Source: Phycisphaerales bacterium
GTDB taxonomy: Bacteria; Planctomycetota; Phycisphaerae; Phycisphaerales; UBA1924
NCBI GenBank assembly: GCA_965227775.1
Contig: OZ245777.1
Location: 512,001-576,000 of the forward strand
Length of the DNA stretch: 64,000 nt
Reading direction: 5' to 3'
How positions within the stretch are numbered: position 1 is the first letter of the stretch; each line of letters begins with the position of its first letter. Under the pieces are notes generated by a model. The model did not search any database, was not told where the DNA came from, and was given only the letters and a program-made list of their open reading frames with translations. The position numbers and the translations under genes were made by a program. Below are positions 26,773-37,164 of the stretch, one piece after another.

Positions 26773-28617
26773 ATGGCAACCCCTTCAAACGAGCGGCACG
26801 ACCCCAACGACGGCCTGACCCGCCGGGAATTCATGCGGACGACCTCGGCGGGCCTCGCAGCAGCCGCGGGAGGCGGGTATCTCGCATCGCACGCCTCGGC
26901 AGCGTCGCGCGAGCCGCGGCGGAATGATGTGGGCGTGGAAGTGCGCGTCGTAGAAGAGTCCGAATCGCTGCCGCAGGATCGCTCCTGGGGCGACGGCCCC
27001 TTCGGCTACGACCTGCCGTACACGAGCCAGCGCATGCCCGTGCTCGCGCGCAACTGCGTGGCAACGAGCCAACCGCTCGCTGCACAAGCGGGGCTCGAGA
27101 TGCTGCGCTCCGGTGGCAACGCGGCGGACGCGGCCGTTGCCACCGCCGCCACGCTCACCGTGGTTGAACCGACCGCCAACGGGATTGGCGGCGATAACTT
27201 CGCGCTGCTCTGGATGAAGGACGAACAGGGCAACGCGAAGCTGCACGGCCTCAACGCCTCCGGCCGCTCGCCCAAGGGGCTGAAGCGCGAGGACTACGAC
27301 GGGCTCGACCGCATGCCGCTCTACGACTGGCGCGCGGTGACGACGCCCGGCGCGGTATCCGGCTGGGTTGCCGTGAACGAGAAGTTTGGCAAGCTTTCGC
27401 TGGAGAGGGTGCTCGAGCCCGCGATCCGGTACGCGCGCGAGGGCTACCTGGTCAGCCCCGGCATCGCGTCGGGCTGGAACTCGTCGAGCAGGCGATACCG
27501 CGGGGCCGACCGCTTCGAGGGCTGGCAGCAGACGTTTGCACCCGGCGGCAGTGCGCCCCAGCCTGGCGAACTATTCAAGATGCCTGGCCATGCGCGCACG
27601 CTCGAGGCGGTCGCCGGCACCAAGGGCCGGGCCTTCTACGAGGGCGAGATCGCCAAGGCGATCGAGGCCGAGAGCATCAAGCACGGCGGCTCGCTCAGGC
27701 TCGCGGACCTTGCGGCCCACGAGGCGCGGTGGGTCGAGCCGATCTCGATCGACTATCGCGGCTGGCGTCTGCACGAGATTCCGCCCAACGGCCAGGGCAT
27801 CACCGCGCTCATCGCGCTGGGTATCCTGCGGCACTTCGACGTCGCGGGCATCGACATCGACACTGCAGCCTGGATGCACCCGCAGATCGAAGCGATGAAG
27901 CTGGCGTTCGCCGATGCGCACCAGCACATTGCCGACCCTGAGCACATGCGCGTGTCGGTCGATGACCTGCTGGACGACGGCTATCTAGAGTCTCGCGCCA
28001 AGCTGATCGATCCCGCCAAGGCCGGCAACTTCGACTATGGCGACCCCAAGGAGGGCGGCACCGTGCTGCTGACGGCGGCCGACGCCGAGGGCAACATGGT
28101 CAGCTTCATCCAGAGCAACTACACGGGCTTCGGCTCGGGCATGGTCGTGCCGGGCTTTGGTGTCGCGATGCACAACCGCGGGGGCAACTTCTCGCTCGAG
28201 CCGGGCCACGCCAACGAGATCGCGCCCGGCAAGCTGCCCTACCACACGATCATTCCGGCGTTCGTGACGCGCGACGGGCAGCCGGCGATGGCGTATGGCG
28301 TGATGGGCGGATTCATGCAGCCGCAGGGGCACGCACAGGTGCTGGTGCGCATGGCTGACCACGGGCAGAACCCGCAGGCGTGCCTCGATGCGCCGCGCTG
28401 GCAGATCGAGCGCAACGGGCGCGTCATGATGGAGCCGGGTTTCAGAACGATCGCGGGTGAGGGTGTGTACGACGAGCTTGAGAAGATGGGCCACCCCATG
28501 CGGCGCTACCGCACACGCAACGCCAGCTTCGGGCGCGGCCAGGTCATCTACAAGCTCGAGGATGGGTACATCGCCGCGAGCGACTTGCGCGCCGATGGAC
28601 AGGCGGTCGGTTTCTGA
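26773..28617 (+). CDS. ggt: Gamma-glutamyltransferase family protein with Tat signal
   Basis: TRREFM twin-arginine signal; GGNAADAAVA, EIPPNGQG, GGTVLL (catalytic Thr), PYHTIIP, GGFMQPQGH. Confidence 0.92.
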   Translation: MATPSNERHDPNDGLTRREFMRTTSAGLAAAAGGGYLASHASAASREPRRNDVGVEVRVVEESESLPQDRSWGDGPFGYDLPYTSQRMPVLARNCVATSQPLAAQAGLEMLRSGGNAADAAVATAATLTVVEPTANGIGGDNFALLWMKDEQGNAKLHGLNASGRSPKGLKREDYDGLDRMPLYDWRAVTTPGAVSGWVAVNEKFGKLSLERVLEPAIRYAREGYLVSPGIASGWNSSSRRYRGADRFEGWQQTFAPGGSAPQPGELFKMPGHARTLEAVAGTKGRAFYEGEIAKAIEAESIKHGGSLRLADLAAHEARWVEPISIDYRGWRLHEIPPNGQGITALIALGILRHFDVAGIDIDTAAWMHPQIEAMKLAFADAHQHIADPEHMRVSVDDLLDDGYLESRAKLIDPAKAGNFDYGDPKEGGTVLLTAADAEGNMVSFIQSNYTGFGSGMVVPGFGVAMHNRGGNFSLEPGHANEIAPGKLPYHTIIPAFVTRDGQPAMAYGVMGGFMQPQGHAQVLVRMADHGQNPQACLDAPRWQIERNGRVMMEPGFRTIAGEGVYDELEKMGHPMRRYRTRNASFGRGQVIYKLEDGYIAASDLRADGQAVGF

Positions 28618-28624
28618 GCCTGTG

Positions 28625-29356
28625 CTACAACTCGTTGGCGCGCTTGTCGGCGGCGTCGATCCACGCTTGGGCCTGGTCTGCCCACGAGGTGCCCGGCGCC
28701 GCGCCGATCACGCGATTGAACCAGTCGCGGGCCTTGGTCGCCTTGCCCATGCGGTCGTAGCCGCGGGCGATGCCGATCATGAGCTGGCCCTTCACGCCAG
28801 TCGGCTGGTCGTTCCAGTTGTCGTGCAGCTCCAAGAGCGCCGCCTTCGCGTCTTCGATGCCCTTGGCCGCGTAGCCCTGGGCCATGCGGTCGATCGGGTG
28901 GTACGCCGCCAGGTTCAGCAGGGTTGTCGCCGCGACCATCCGCACGCCCGGATTCTCAGGCTCGAGCTCGCGGGCCTTGTCCAGATCCGCGAGCGCTTCG
29001 TTGGTATGCCGCATGGCGGCCATGAAGTCGCCGGCCTCCGAGGCAGTTCCGGCATCGAAGAGCTTGACCGCGCCCAGCCAGGCGATGGCCTCGGCGTTCT
29101 TGTCGTCGGCCTCGATCGCCTGCTGGCACGCGTCGACCAAACGCTGCTTCGCGGCCTCGTCGCCCTGGGAGGCCTTGACGAAGTCGGCGAACACCGTTCG
29201 CTCGAAGCCGCGATACCCAGAGCTGCCCGGATCAACCTGGATGAACTCGTACTGCGGCTCGGGAACCTGGGTTGCGTCGTTCTCGCCGGCAGGCTGGGCG
29301 AGCGCGAGCGGCGTCGCGGCGAGCACGGCAATGGCGGATCGGAACACGTGATGCAT
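28625..29356 (-). CDS. Secreted TPR-like protein
   Basis: Signal peptide ALA-Q; helical repeats (LDKARELEPEN). Confidence 0.75.
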   Translation of the reverse strand: MHHVFRSAIAVLAATPLALAQPAGENDATQVPEPQYEFIQVDPGSSGYRGFERTVFADFVKASQGDEAAKQRLVDACQQAIEADDKNAEAIAWLGAVKLFDAGTASEAGDFMAAMRHTNEALADLDKARELEPENPGVRMVAATTLLNLAAYHPIDRMAQGYAAKGIEDAKAALLELHDNWNDQPTGVKGQLMIGIARGYDRMGKATKARDWFNRVIGAAPGTSWADQAQAWIDAADKRANEL

Positions 29357-29400
29357 ATGGAGGCTCCTGTCTGGCCGCGGCGGGGCGGGGCTCCCTGGTA

Positions 29401-30879
29401 TTACGTTTCCAGTGCGTTGGCTTTCAGGGCCTCGCGCAGCGGGGCGATCAGGTCGCCGTACTTCGCCGCCCGCCCCTTGGCCGACTTGTAGATCGGCCGG
29501 CGGACCTGCGTGACGCTCAGGGTGCGATCGGCCCGGTTTGCCTCGTGCGGGCGTAGGCAGCGGTCATCCCAGGGCAGGCCGACGAAGTCAATGATCTTGC
29601 GGGCGACCGTGGGAAGGTCGTTGACCAGGTCCTCGTAGCGAATCGTGAGGAAGTCGTTTCGGCAGGCCTGCTGCCAGTGGGCTGCCAGCCGCTCGTTCTC
29701 GGCGTAGACCGCGGCGAGATTCTCGAAGTTGTCGGCGTAGGGGATGGAGGATGGCCGAAGGCGTTCGAAGTAGCACGACAGGCAATTATCCGCCGGGTCG
29801 CGCCGCGTGTGGATGAACTTCGCGCCCGGCAGGATGCGATCGGCAAAGCCCAGCCGCCGCATATTGGCAAGGTCCTTATTCGAGATGAACTTCACGCTGG
29901 GCGCCTTGGCACGCATGGCCTTCTCGTACTGCTCGCCAGCGGCCGTAATCTGCTCGGGCGTCATGTCTGGAACAAACTCGGGCCACTCTGTTGGGGCGAA
30001 CCCGGTCTGTGCGCCTCGCAAGATGAGCTGGAGCGTGAAGTCTTCGTCCGCTCCGAAGGCGTCGGGATGGGCGTGGATGATGCGCTCAGTTAGCGTCGAG
30101 CCGCTCCGCGGCATGCCGACGATGAACACGGCCCACGACCCGTCGCACTCGGCGCGGGGGCTCGTGCGCAGCGATTCCTCGCTGAATGTCTCGATGATGC
30201 GGTCGTTCTCGGCACGATACTCATCGATGCTGAAGGGCATACGCAGCATGGCGTTGCCGCGGCGCGCGGCCTCGAGGGCTTCCTCGAATTGCTTGTTCCG
30301 CTCGTACGCCCGAGCCATCGAGAGCATGGTGCTGCGCAGCTGGGGCTCTTCGGGAAGATCGGCCGCCATCACGCGTTCGCCCAGCGCGATCGCCTCGCGC
30401 AGCTTGTTCATCTCCATGAGCACACGGACCCCCACCGCCGAGAGCGATGGGTTGGTCGGGTTGGCGGCCACGGCCGGCTCGAGCGTCTTCCACGCGCGCT
30501 TCGAGTTGCCCTGCATCTCGTAGACCTCGGCCCGCCCGGCGATCGCCGGTGGGAAGCCAGGGTCGAGCTTCTGCGCGTCGGCATAGTGGGCGAGAGCATC
30601 GCCGAGACGCCCCGCGTGCACGTAGGACTCGGCGAGTTGGACCTGCCGCAGGGGCGAGGGCGGTCCGCTGTCGACGACGAACTTACGATGCTCGATGGCC
30701 TGATCGATGTAGCCCGTCGCGAGGCACACATCGCCCATCAGGGCGCGGACATCCGGATCTCGAGGGAGGTTCTCCAGGAGCGTCAGCCCGAGTGCGTAGG
30801 CCTGGGCGAAATCGCCGCGGGCGTTGGCCTCGCGGGCCTGCTGGACGAGCTGTCTGGACCGATCGGGGCTGAGGCTCAT
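29401..30879 (-). CDS. TPR-repeat sulfotransferase
   Basis: N-terminal TPRs; FIVGMPRSGSTL PAPS loop; RDPADNCLS; YEDLV; TLSVTQVRRPIY. Confidence 0.92.
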   Translation of the reverse strand: MSLSPDRSRQLVQQAREANARGDFAQAYALGLTLLENLPRDPDVRALMGDVCLATGYIDQAIEHRKFVVDSGPPSPLRQVQLAESYVHAGRLGDALAHYADAQKLDPGFPPAIAGRAEVYEMQGNSKRAWKTLEPAVAANPTNPSLSAVGVRVLMEMNKLREAIALGERVMAADLPEEPQLRSTMLSMARAYERNKQFEEALEAARRGNAMLRMPFSIDEYRAENDRIIETFSEESLRTSPRAECDGSWAVFIVGMPRSGSTLTERIIHAHPDAFGADEDFTLQLILRGAQTGFAPTEWPEFVPDMTPEQITAAGEQYEKAMRAKAPSVKFISNKDLANMRRLGFADRILPGAKFIHTRRDPADNCLSCYFERLRPSSIPYADNFENLAAVYAENERLAAHWQQACRNDFLTIRYEDLVNDLPTVARKIIDFVGLPWDDRCLRPHEANRADRTLSVTQVRRPIYKSAKGRAAKYGDLIAPLREALKANALET

Positions 30880-30946
30880 GGGCCCATCATAAACCCTGCC
30901 GCGGCCTTGGCGAACGGTCGCAGAACCGATCCCAGCCTATCGTGAG

Positions 30947-32002
30947 GTGCTCGTGCGGGGGGAGGTCGATGTGCGCAATCTGCTTGATCTGGACCCGTCG
31001 CTCGAGCCCATCCAGGGCGAGCTTGCTTCCTACCTCGGCCGCGTCGTTGATCGATTCGACGACGCGCTCCAGAGCGACATCCTCGCCGTCCAGCGATTGA
31101 CCCAGCACGTCGAGCGATACCGCGGCAAGATGTTGCGGCCTGCGCTCGTCGCGCTCGCGGCGGGCGCCGCACACGGCGATCTTGCGGCCGTGCTGCAGGG
31201 TCCGAAGGGCGCGGCTCTGGAGATCATCGGAGCCGTGTGCGAGATGGTGCACATGGCAACGCTCGTGCACGACGACGTGCTCGACGAGGCCGACACGCGC
31301 CGCCGGGGGCGAACCGTCAACGCTATGAGCGGCAACGAGACGGCGGTGATCCTGGGTGACTACCTCATCGCCGGCGCGTACCACCTGTGCTCAACACTCG
31401 ACGAGCAGGCAACCGCGCTACGCGTGGCGCGCGCAAGCATGGTCGTGTGCAGCGGTGAACTTCTGCAGCTCGATCGGCGCGACGACCTCTCGCTGGACGA
31501 AGCGACCTACTTCGAGATCATCGACCGCAAGACCGCCGAGCTCATCGCCGCGGCGTGCGAGCTAGGCGCGACCGCGGGCGGTGGATCGCCCGAAGTGGTC
31601 TCTGCACTCGAGGCCTTCGGTCGGCAGATCGGCGCCGCCTTCCAGGTCCGCGATGACCTGCTTGACCTCACCGGCCGTGAGGAAGTGGTGGGCAAGAGCG
31701 TGGGGCGAGACGCACGCAAGGGCAAGCTGACACTTCCGGTGATCCACCACCTCGCGCAGGCCGAGCCGTCCGAGCGGGCCCACAGCCTGGCGCTCGCCCT
31801 TCGGGCCGCCCGCGAGGACTCGGGCGACGCACCGGCCGAGCTCCGCGGCCGGCTCGATACCACCAGCTCGGTCCAGCACGCCCAGGCCGCATCGGAGGCC
31901 ATCGTGGACCGTGCACGCGAGCGGCTGGGGCCGCTCGCCGACACGCCCGCCCGCCGGACGCTTCTGGCGATGGCCGACGCGGTCGTGAATCGATCTTTTT
32001 AG
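30947..32002 (+). CDS. Polyprenyl diphosphate synthase
   Basis: GKMLRP, LVHDDVLDEADTRR (FARM), AFQVRDDLLD (SARM), GKLTLP; start uncertain. Confidence 0.93.
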   Translation: MLVRGEVDVRNLLDLDPSLEPIQGELASYLGRVVDRFDDALQSDILAVQRLTQHVERYRGKMLRPALVALAAGAAHGDLAAVLQGPKGAALEIIGAVCEMVHMATLVHDDVLDEADTRRRGRTVNAMSGNETAVILGDYLIAGAYHLCSTLDEQATALRVARASMVVCSGELLQLDRRDDLSLDEATYFEIIDRKTAELIAAACELGATAGGGSPEVVSALEAFGRQIGAAFQVRDDLLDLTGREEVVGKSVGRDARKGKLTLPVIHHLAQAEPSERAHSLALALRAAREDSGDAPAELRGRLDTTSSVQHAQAASEAIVDRARERLGPLADTPARRTLLAMADAVVNRSF

Positions 32003-32097
32003 AGCACTGCACGCGGGTGATTGCTGCTGGTGCGGGCCTTTGGTCGGCGAGCGCGCAATAATGACCTTCCGGCGGAAGTTTCCGGCGGAACAGCCCC

Positions 32098-32182
32098 GGG
32101 CGTGTGCCAGAGTGGACTAATGGGGCGGATTGCAAATCCGTTTGGCGAAAGCCGTTCGTGGGTTCGAATCCCACCGCGCCCT
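32098..32182 (+). tRNA. tRNA-Cys (GCA) with long variable arm
   Basis: Acceptor GGGCGTG/CGCGCCC + U73; anticodon arm GCGGA-TTGCAAA-TCCGT; variable hairpin TGGC-GAAA-GCCG; T arm GTGGG-TTCGAAT-CCCAC. Confidence 0.9.
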
Positions 32183-32235
32183 CTTTTCCTTCGCGATCGT
32201 CGCGACACCCGAAAACTTCCCGATCGGAGGCTTCC

Positions 32236-33405
32236 ATGACCACCGCCGCACCCGCCCAGAAGGCCGGCCTTGAAGGCGTCGTCGCCGGCGACACCGCGAT
32301 CTGCAACGTCGAGCAAGACGCCCTGATCTATCGCGGCTACGAGATCCACGACCTGGCCGAGAACGCCAGCTTCGAGGAGGTCGCCTACCTCTTGCTCGAG
32401 GGCGACAAGCCCAACGCCGAGCAGCTGCAGTTCTTCAAGGACGAACTGATCGCGAACCGTGCCCTGCCCACGCAGGTCATCGACTACCTCAAGACCGTGA
32501 AGCCGATGGTCATCGCCGGCAGCGCCGTGCCGATGGACATCCTGCGAACCGCCGTCAGCATGCTCGCGAACCTCGATAAGGAGTGCCAGGACATCTCCGC
32601 CGAGGCCAACCTGCGCAAGGCCAAGCGTCTGACCGCGAAGATTCCCACGGTCATCGGCCACATGCAGAACGTCATCGACGGTCGCGAGATCGTCGCGCCC
32701 GATACGGGCGGCGACGCCAACCTGAGCCACGCCGCCAACATGCTCTACCTCATGAGCGGCGAACGGCCAGACGCCGAGGCCGAGAAGGTCGTCGATGTCT
32801 CCCTCACGCTCTACGCCGAGCATGACTACAACGCCAGCACGTTCACCAGCCGCGTTATCGCCGGTACGCTGAGCGACATGCACGGTGCCGTGACGGGTGC
32901 CATCGCCGCTCTCAAGGGCCCGCTGCACGGCGGTGCCAACGAGGCCGCCATGGACATGCTCCGCGAGATCATGAAGGATCTCGACGGCAAGATCGAGAAG
33001 CCCGCCGTTGAGCAGTGGATGCGCAAGGCGTTCGAAGAGAAGCGCAAGCTCATGGGCTTCGGCCACCGGGTCTACAAGAACGGCGACCACCGCGCCCCCA
33101 TCCTGCACAAGCTAGGCCGCGCCGCCGCCGAGAAGCGCGGGGCCGAGTTCGTCAAGTGGTTCGACCTGGGCGAGATCGTCCAGCAGATCATGCTCGACGA
33201 GAAGAGCATCCACCCCAACGTCGACTTCCCTTGCGGCATGACGTACTACGCGCTGGGCATCCCCGTGCCGCAGTACACGCCCATCTTCGTCGCCGCGCGC
33301 ATCACCGGCTGGGCCGCTCACATCATGGAGCAGCACGCCAACAACCGCCTCATCCGCCCGCGGGCCAACTACGTCGGCCCCGACCTACGCAAGTGGAACG
33401 GCTGA
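32236..33405 (+). CDS. Citrate synthase / 2-methylcitrate synthase (short type)
   Basis: [48 protein letters not shown] 32236 with GGAGG. Confidence 0.95.
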   Translation: MTTAAPAQKAGLEGVVAGDTAICNVEQDALIYRGYEIHDLAENASFEEVAYLLLEGDKPNAEQLQFFKDELIANRALPTQVIDYLKTVKPMVIAGSAVPMDILRTAVSMLANLDKECQDISAEANLRKAKRLTAKIPTVIGHMQNVIDGREIVAPDTGGDANLSHAANMLYLMSGERPDAEAEKVVDVSLTLYAEHDYNASTFTSRVIAGTLSDMHGAVTGAIAALKGPLHGGANEAAMDMLREIMKDLDGKIEKPAVEQWMRKAFEEKRKLMGFGHRVYKNGDHRAPILHKLGRAAAEKRGAEFVKWFDLGEIVQQIMLDEKSIHPNVDFPCGMTYYALGIPVPQYTPIFVAARITGWAAHIMEQHANNRLIRPRANYVGPDLRKWNG

Positions 33406-33415
33406 TGCGCAACTG

Positions 33416-34261
33416 ATGTCGCAGCGCGAGTTCGAATCGACACTCCACACGGACCTGGCCGACCGTATGACCTACGGCGGCTATCTGCATCTCGAGAAGA
33501 TCCTCACGGCCCAGCAGCCGCTGAGTGATCCACCGCACCACGACGAGATGCTGTTCGTCATCCAGCACCAGACCACCGAGCTTTGGCTGAAGCTGATGAT
33601 CCACGAGCTGCGCGCTGCGATCGCCGCCGTGCAGGCGGGCGACCTCGAGCCCAGCTTCAAGATCCTGGCCCGCGTGAAGCACATCCTGGCCCAGCTCTTG
33701 AACCAATGGAGCGTGCTCGCGACGCTCACGCCGACCGAGTACGCCCAGTTTCGCGGCGTGCTGGGCAATGCCAGCGGATTCCAGAGCTTCCAGTACCGGC
33801 TCGTCGAGTTCTTGCTGGGCAACAAGGACCGGCGCATGCTGAAGGTGCACGAGCACGACGCCGCAAACCACGCCGTGCTCAAGGAAGCACTGGAGTCGCC
33901 AAGCATCTACGACGCGTTCCTCACCTACATGAAGGGCCAGGGCCTGCCCGTCCCAGACGCAGCGGTCGATCGCGACTACGCAGAACCGCGCGAGATGGAC
34001 GAGGGCGTCATCGCCGTCCTCAAGTCGGTGTACGAGAACCCGCACGATCACTGGGCCAGCTACGAGATGGCCGAGAAGCTTGTGGACGTCGACGACCAGT
34101 TCGGCCAGTGGCGTTACCGCCACCTGCGCACGGTGCACCGCATCATCGGCATGAAGCGCGGCACCGGTGGCTCATCGGGCGTGCCGTTCCTGCGCCAGAT
34201 GATCGACCACCAGTTCTTCCCCGAGCTTTGGGAAGTCAGGACGCGGATCGAGGAGCTCTGA
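33416..34261 (+). CDS. kynA: Tryptophan 2,3-dioxygenase
   Basis: [42 protein letters not shown]. Confidence 0.96.
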   Translation: MSQREFESTLHTDLADRMTYGGYLHLEKILTAQQPLSDPPHHDEMLFVIQHQTTELWLKLMIHELRAAIAAVQAGDLEPSFKILARVKHILAQLLNQWSVLATLTPTEYAQFRGVLGNASGFQSFQYRLVEFLLGNKDRRMLKVHEHDAANHAVLKEALESPSIYDAFLTYMKGQGLPVPDAAVDRDYAEPREMDEGVIAVLKSVYENPHDHWASYEMAEKLVDVDDQFGQWRYRHLRTVHRIIGMKRGTGGSSGVPFLRQMIDHQFFPELWEVRTRIEEL

Positions 34262-34282
34262 GCACTCGATCATCCGCGCGGC

Positions 34283-35608
34283 CTACGGACATCCGGCGTC
34301 GAACAGCGTCTGGAACGTCAAGAAGTCGAACAGCGTGAACATGCCGTCGCCGTCGACATCCGCTCGCGGGTCTCGATCCTGGAACAAGTTCTGGAATTCC
34401 AGGAAGTCGAAGATCGTCAGCGTGCCGTCGTCGTCGAAGTCGATCGTGCACACCGTGCTCGGCAGGGTGACCCGGAACGCTTCCTTGATGCCGAACTGAT
34501 TGATGCCGTACCCCACAATGACGGTGCCATCGTCGGAGATCGACGTGGCCTCGAGCAGCCCGCGCCACTCACCGGCCTCGAACAACCCAAATTCGTCGAC
34601 CAGCCAGTCTTGGAGGGCACGCACGGAACCGTCCTCGAACCACACCGCTGCGGCGTAGGGCGCACCTCCGACGAAGGCTCCCACGGTTCCCACGAGCAGC
34701 CTGCCGTCCGCTGATACGCCCTTGACGGCGTCATCAATGAGCCTGAATCCAGACGACGGAATCGTGTCCAGGATCTCGATGCCCACACCCTCACGCCAGA
34801 CGGCTGGCTTCGCTGGGTTGGTAAACGGGTCGTAGTCGATGGGCAGCAGCGTTCCCGTCACGACGGACGCCTCGGGCGACGTCCCGAGGATCGTGAAATC
34901 GGCATAGCCATCGGGCAGCATCGCGCCGACGGCGCGCGGCAGGCCGTCGGTCCACAGCACGATGTGATCGACACCGCCTGGCGCGCCGAACTGGCTGCCG
35001 ACGATGGTGCGCCCGTCGGTGCTGATCCGATTTGCCTGCCCGCCGGTGCGCCCTTGCAGCAAAGCGAGGCGATCGACCGCACCAGTCGCCGTGTCCCACA
35101 CAACCGGCTGCCGGCGGCGGACCTCGTCGAACGAGACCCCGACCGCGAGCGCTCCATCGCCCTGCACATCGCCGACGACCGTGTAGGTTCCCGACAGCGG
35201 AATCGCGTCGGATAACGGCAACAACTCGACACCCCACTGGCCAGGCTGCCACGCCATCGATAGTCGTACGAGCGTGCTATCGACGAACGTATTCCACGAC
35301 CCGACGGTCACCAACCCCTGCTCGCTGACAGCAACGCCGCGCCCGGGCGCGAGACCACCGTCCGGATCGAGCAGCAACTCGGGAAAGAACGCGCGATCAT
35401 CCCATGAGGCAACCAGCGTGCCCATATCCGTGTCGTCGCCACCGGTAGCGGCGACCCCGTCGGGGCTGACCGCGTCGGCCCGGCTGCCCACGAGCGCAGC
35501 CCCCAAGCCGCTGTAGCCCAGGCCTCGGAACGAGGCGTCTTGTGCGATTGCGCAACTTGCGACAGCCAGCACGGGCGCAAGAACGCTGCGATCGATGCAC
35601 TGCTTCAT
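34283..35608 (-). CDS. Secreted beta-propeller (HAF-like repeats) with GC-type dockerin
   Basis: Repeats AVSPDG/ISTDGRTIVG/VSADGRLLVG/ISDDGTVIVG; signal peptide; dockerin tail ending GCP. Confidence 0.88.
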   Translation of the reverse strand: MKQCIDRSVLAPVLAVASCAIAQDASFRGLGYSGLGAALVGSRADAVSPDGVAATGGDDTDMGTLVASWDDRAFFPELLLDPDGGLAPGRGVAVSEQGLVTVGSWNTFVDSTLVRLSMAWQPGQWGVELLPLSDAIPLSGTYTVVGDVQGDGALAVGVSFDEVRRRQPVVWDTATGAVDRLALLQGRTGGQANRISTDGRTIVGSQFGAPGGVDHIVLWTDGLPRAVGAMLPDGYADFTILGTSPEASVVTGTLLPIDYDPFTNPAKPAVWREGVGIEILDTIPSSGFRLIDDAVKGVSADGRLLVGTVGAFVGGAPYAAAVWFEDGSVRALQDWLVDEFGLFEAGEWRGLLEATSISDDGTVIVGYGINQFGIKEAFRVTLPSTVCTIDFDDDGTLTIFDFLEFQNLFQDRDPRADVDGDGMFTLFDFLTFQTLFDAGCP

Positions 35609-35677
35609 GACATCCCTCCAAAAGCGATACCGGCGAACGTCACTTCGCGTTTCAAGAGTGACACCAGTCGATCGCTG

Positions 35678-36532
35678 TTACGGGGTTGCCCCCGGGAGCG
35701 AGATCACGAAGTCGGTCCCGCGTCCCGCCTCGCTCGTAAATGTCAGATCGCCGCCGCTGGCCTGCACGATGCGTCGGCTGGTGGGCAAGCCCAAGCCCGT
35801 GCCGCCTTGCTTGGTGGTGAAGTAGGGGTGGAAGATCCGTTCGGCGGTGTCTTCGGGCATGCCGGGGCCGGTATCGGTGACGTGGATCTCGATCATGCCG
35901 TCTCGGGGGCGGTGACGCACGCGAATCATCAGCTCCTTGGAAACGCCCTCGCCCGCCTCGGCCATCGCTTGCGTCGCGTTCAGCATGAGGTTCAGTACGG
36001 CCTGCTTCAGCCGAGGCGCATCGACGTTCACCCAAGCGGACTGTTCGGCCAGATCGACCCGGATCCGCACGCCCCGGCTCTCGGCCTGCGGCAGGAAGAA
36101 GTCTGCAAGTTCCTCGACGAGGCGGTTCAGGTCAACGCGCGTTGGGCTGAGGCGCAGCTCGCCCGCGAAGTCGAGGAAGTCGCTGAGAATGTCGCCCAGC
36201 CGCTCGACCTCTCGCTTGAGCGTGCCGGCACGCCGAGTAAGCCGGCCGCGCTGCTGCTCATCGACCGAGGGCAGGTCGCCCACCGCTTCGGCCAGCAGCT
36301 GCGCATTCATGCCGATGGTCGAGAGCGGGTTCTTGATCTCGTGCGCGAGCCCGCCGGTCATCGAGCCGATTTCGGCTAGGTGTTCGGCCGCCCGCGCACG
36401 GCCCTCGGCCTGCCGGGCGCGCCGCATGAGCACGCGCGTGGCCCACCACCCGGCTGCCGCGGCCACGAGCAAGCCGCCGCCGAAGCCGGCAAGAAGATTC
36501 GTGAACGGTGTGCCCCACGCCTCAACGGACAT
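35678..36532 (-). CDS. Sensor histidine kinase (single TM, no clear sensory domain)
   Basis: LAHEIKNPL H-box, NLMLNA N-box, DTGPG, YFTTK, GTGLGL; start ATG 36532. Confidence 0.9.
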   Translation of the reverse strand: MSVEAWGTPFTNLLAGFGGGLLVAAAAGWWATRVLMRRARQAEGRARAAEHLAEIGSMTGGLAHEIKNPLSTIGMNAQLLAEAVGDLPSVDEQQRGRLTRRAGTLKREVERLGDILSDFLDFAGELRLSPTRVDLNRLVEELADFFLPQAESRGVRIRVDLAEQSAWVNVDAPRLKQAVLNLMLNATQAMAEAGEGVSKELMIRVRHRPRDGMIEIHVTDTGPGMPEDTAERIFHPYFTTKQGGTGLGLPTSRRIVQASGGDLTFTSEAGRGTDFVISLPGATP

Positions 36533-36558
36533 GCGCACAGGGTAGTGTGCTGGTGGAA

Positions 36559-36843
36559 CTACCGGCGTGGCGATCGCTTTGCGCTCTCCGGGTCGGGCTT
36601 GGTCTCGACGACACCCACCCGCTCGACGTGCGTGGCCTTCCAACCCCGGTCGGTCTTCTTCGCGTCGTATTGCACCATCGACCCATCGCGAAGCGAGCGG
36701 TAGCCCGGCCCCTTGATCACCGAGTAGTGCACCATTACGTCTTCGCCGTTCGGGCCGACGATGAAGCCGAAGCCCTTGCGGGCGTCGAACCACTTCACCT
36801 CGCCCTCGAGGCCTTCAAGCACGTCCGTCGGTTGCTCGTGCAT
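36559..36843 (-). CDS. Cold-shock domain protein
   Basis: GEVKWFDARKGFGFI (RNP1) and DVMVHYS (RNP2). Confidence 0.9.
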   Translation of the reverse strand: MHEQPTDVLEGLEGEVKWFDARKGFGFIVGPNGEDVMVHYSVIKGPGYRSLRDGSMVQYDAKKTDRGWKATHVERVGVVETKPDPESAKRSPRR

Positions 36844-37094
36844 GCGCACTGCTCCGCCGTCCGTTCCCGCGAACAGCCCCACGCTGCGGGCAAGTCGGAC
36901 GGCCCGCAATCGGATCGAAGCGTGATCCGCACCGGGCTTACCCAGCTTACCAAGAAATCAGAGCGAGCGTTGCACGAATCCGCGTTTTGACGGCGAGTTT
37001 GACCAATCTTCACGAAACAGGCGCCGCACAACCGCACGCGGAGGGAACTGAGCAGCCAAGGACACCCAATCCGGGGATACGAAGTCGCGAACGC

Positions 37095-37127
37095 AAAAAC
37101 AGAAAAACCCCGCACTTGGCGGGGTTT
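37095..37127 (-). terminator. Rho-independent terminator of pnp
   Basis: Minus strand AAACCCCGC-CAAGT-GCGGGGTTT followed by TTCTGTTTTT. Confidence 0.85.
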
Positions 37128-37164
37128 ATGGCCATCGAGCACCAAGCTGATCAGCTTGGTTCGA

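Noticed and set aside
36844..37094. Long region upstream of the cold-shock gene as a novel ncRNA
   Set aside because: Adequately explained by the pnp terminator, a promoter and the long 5' UTR typical of csp genes
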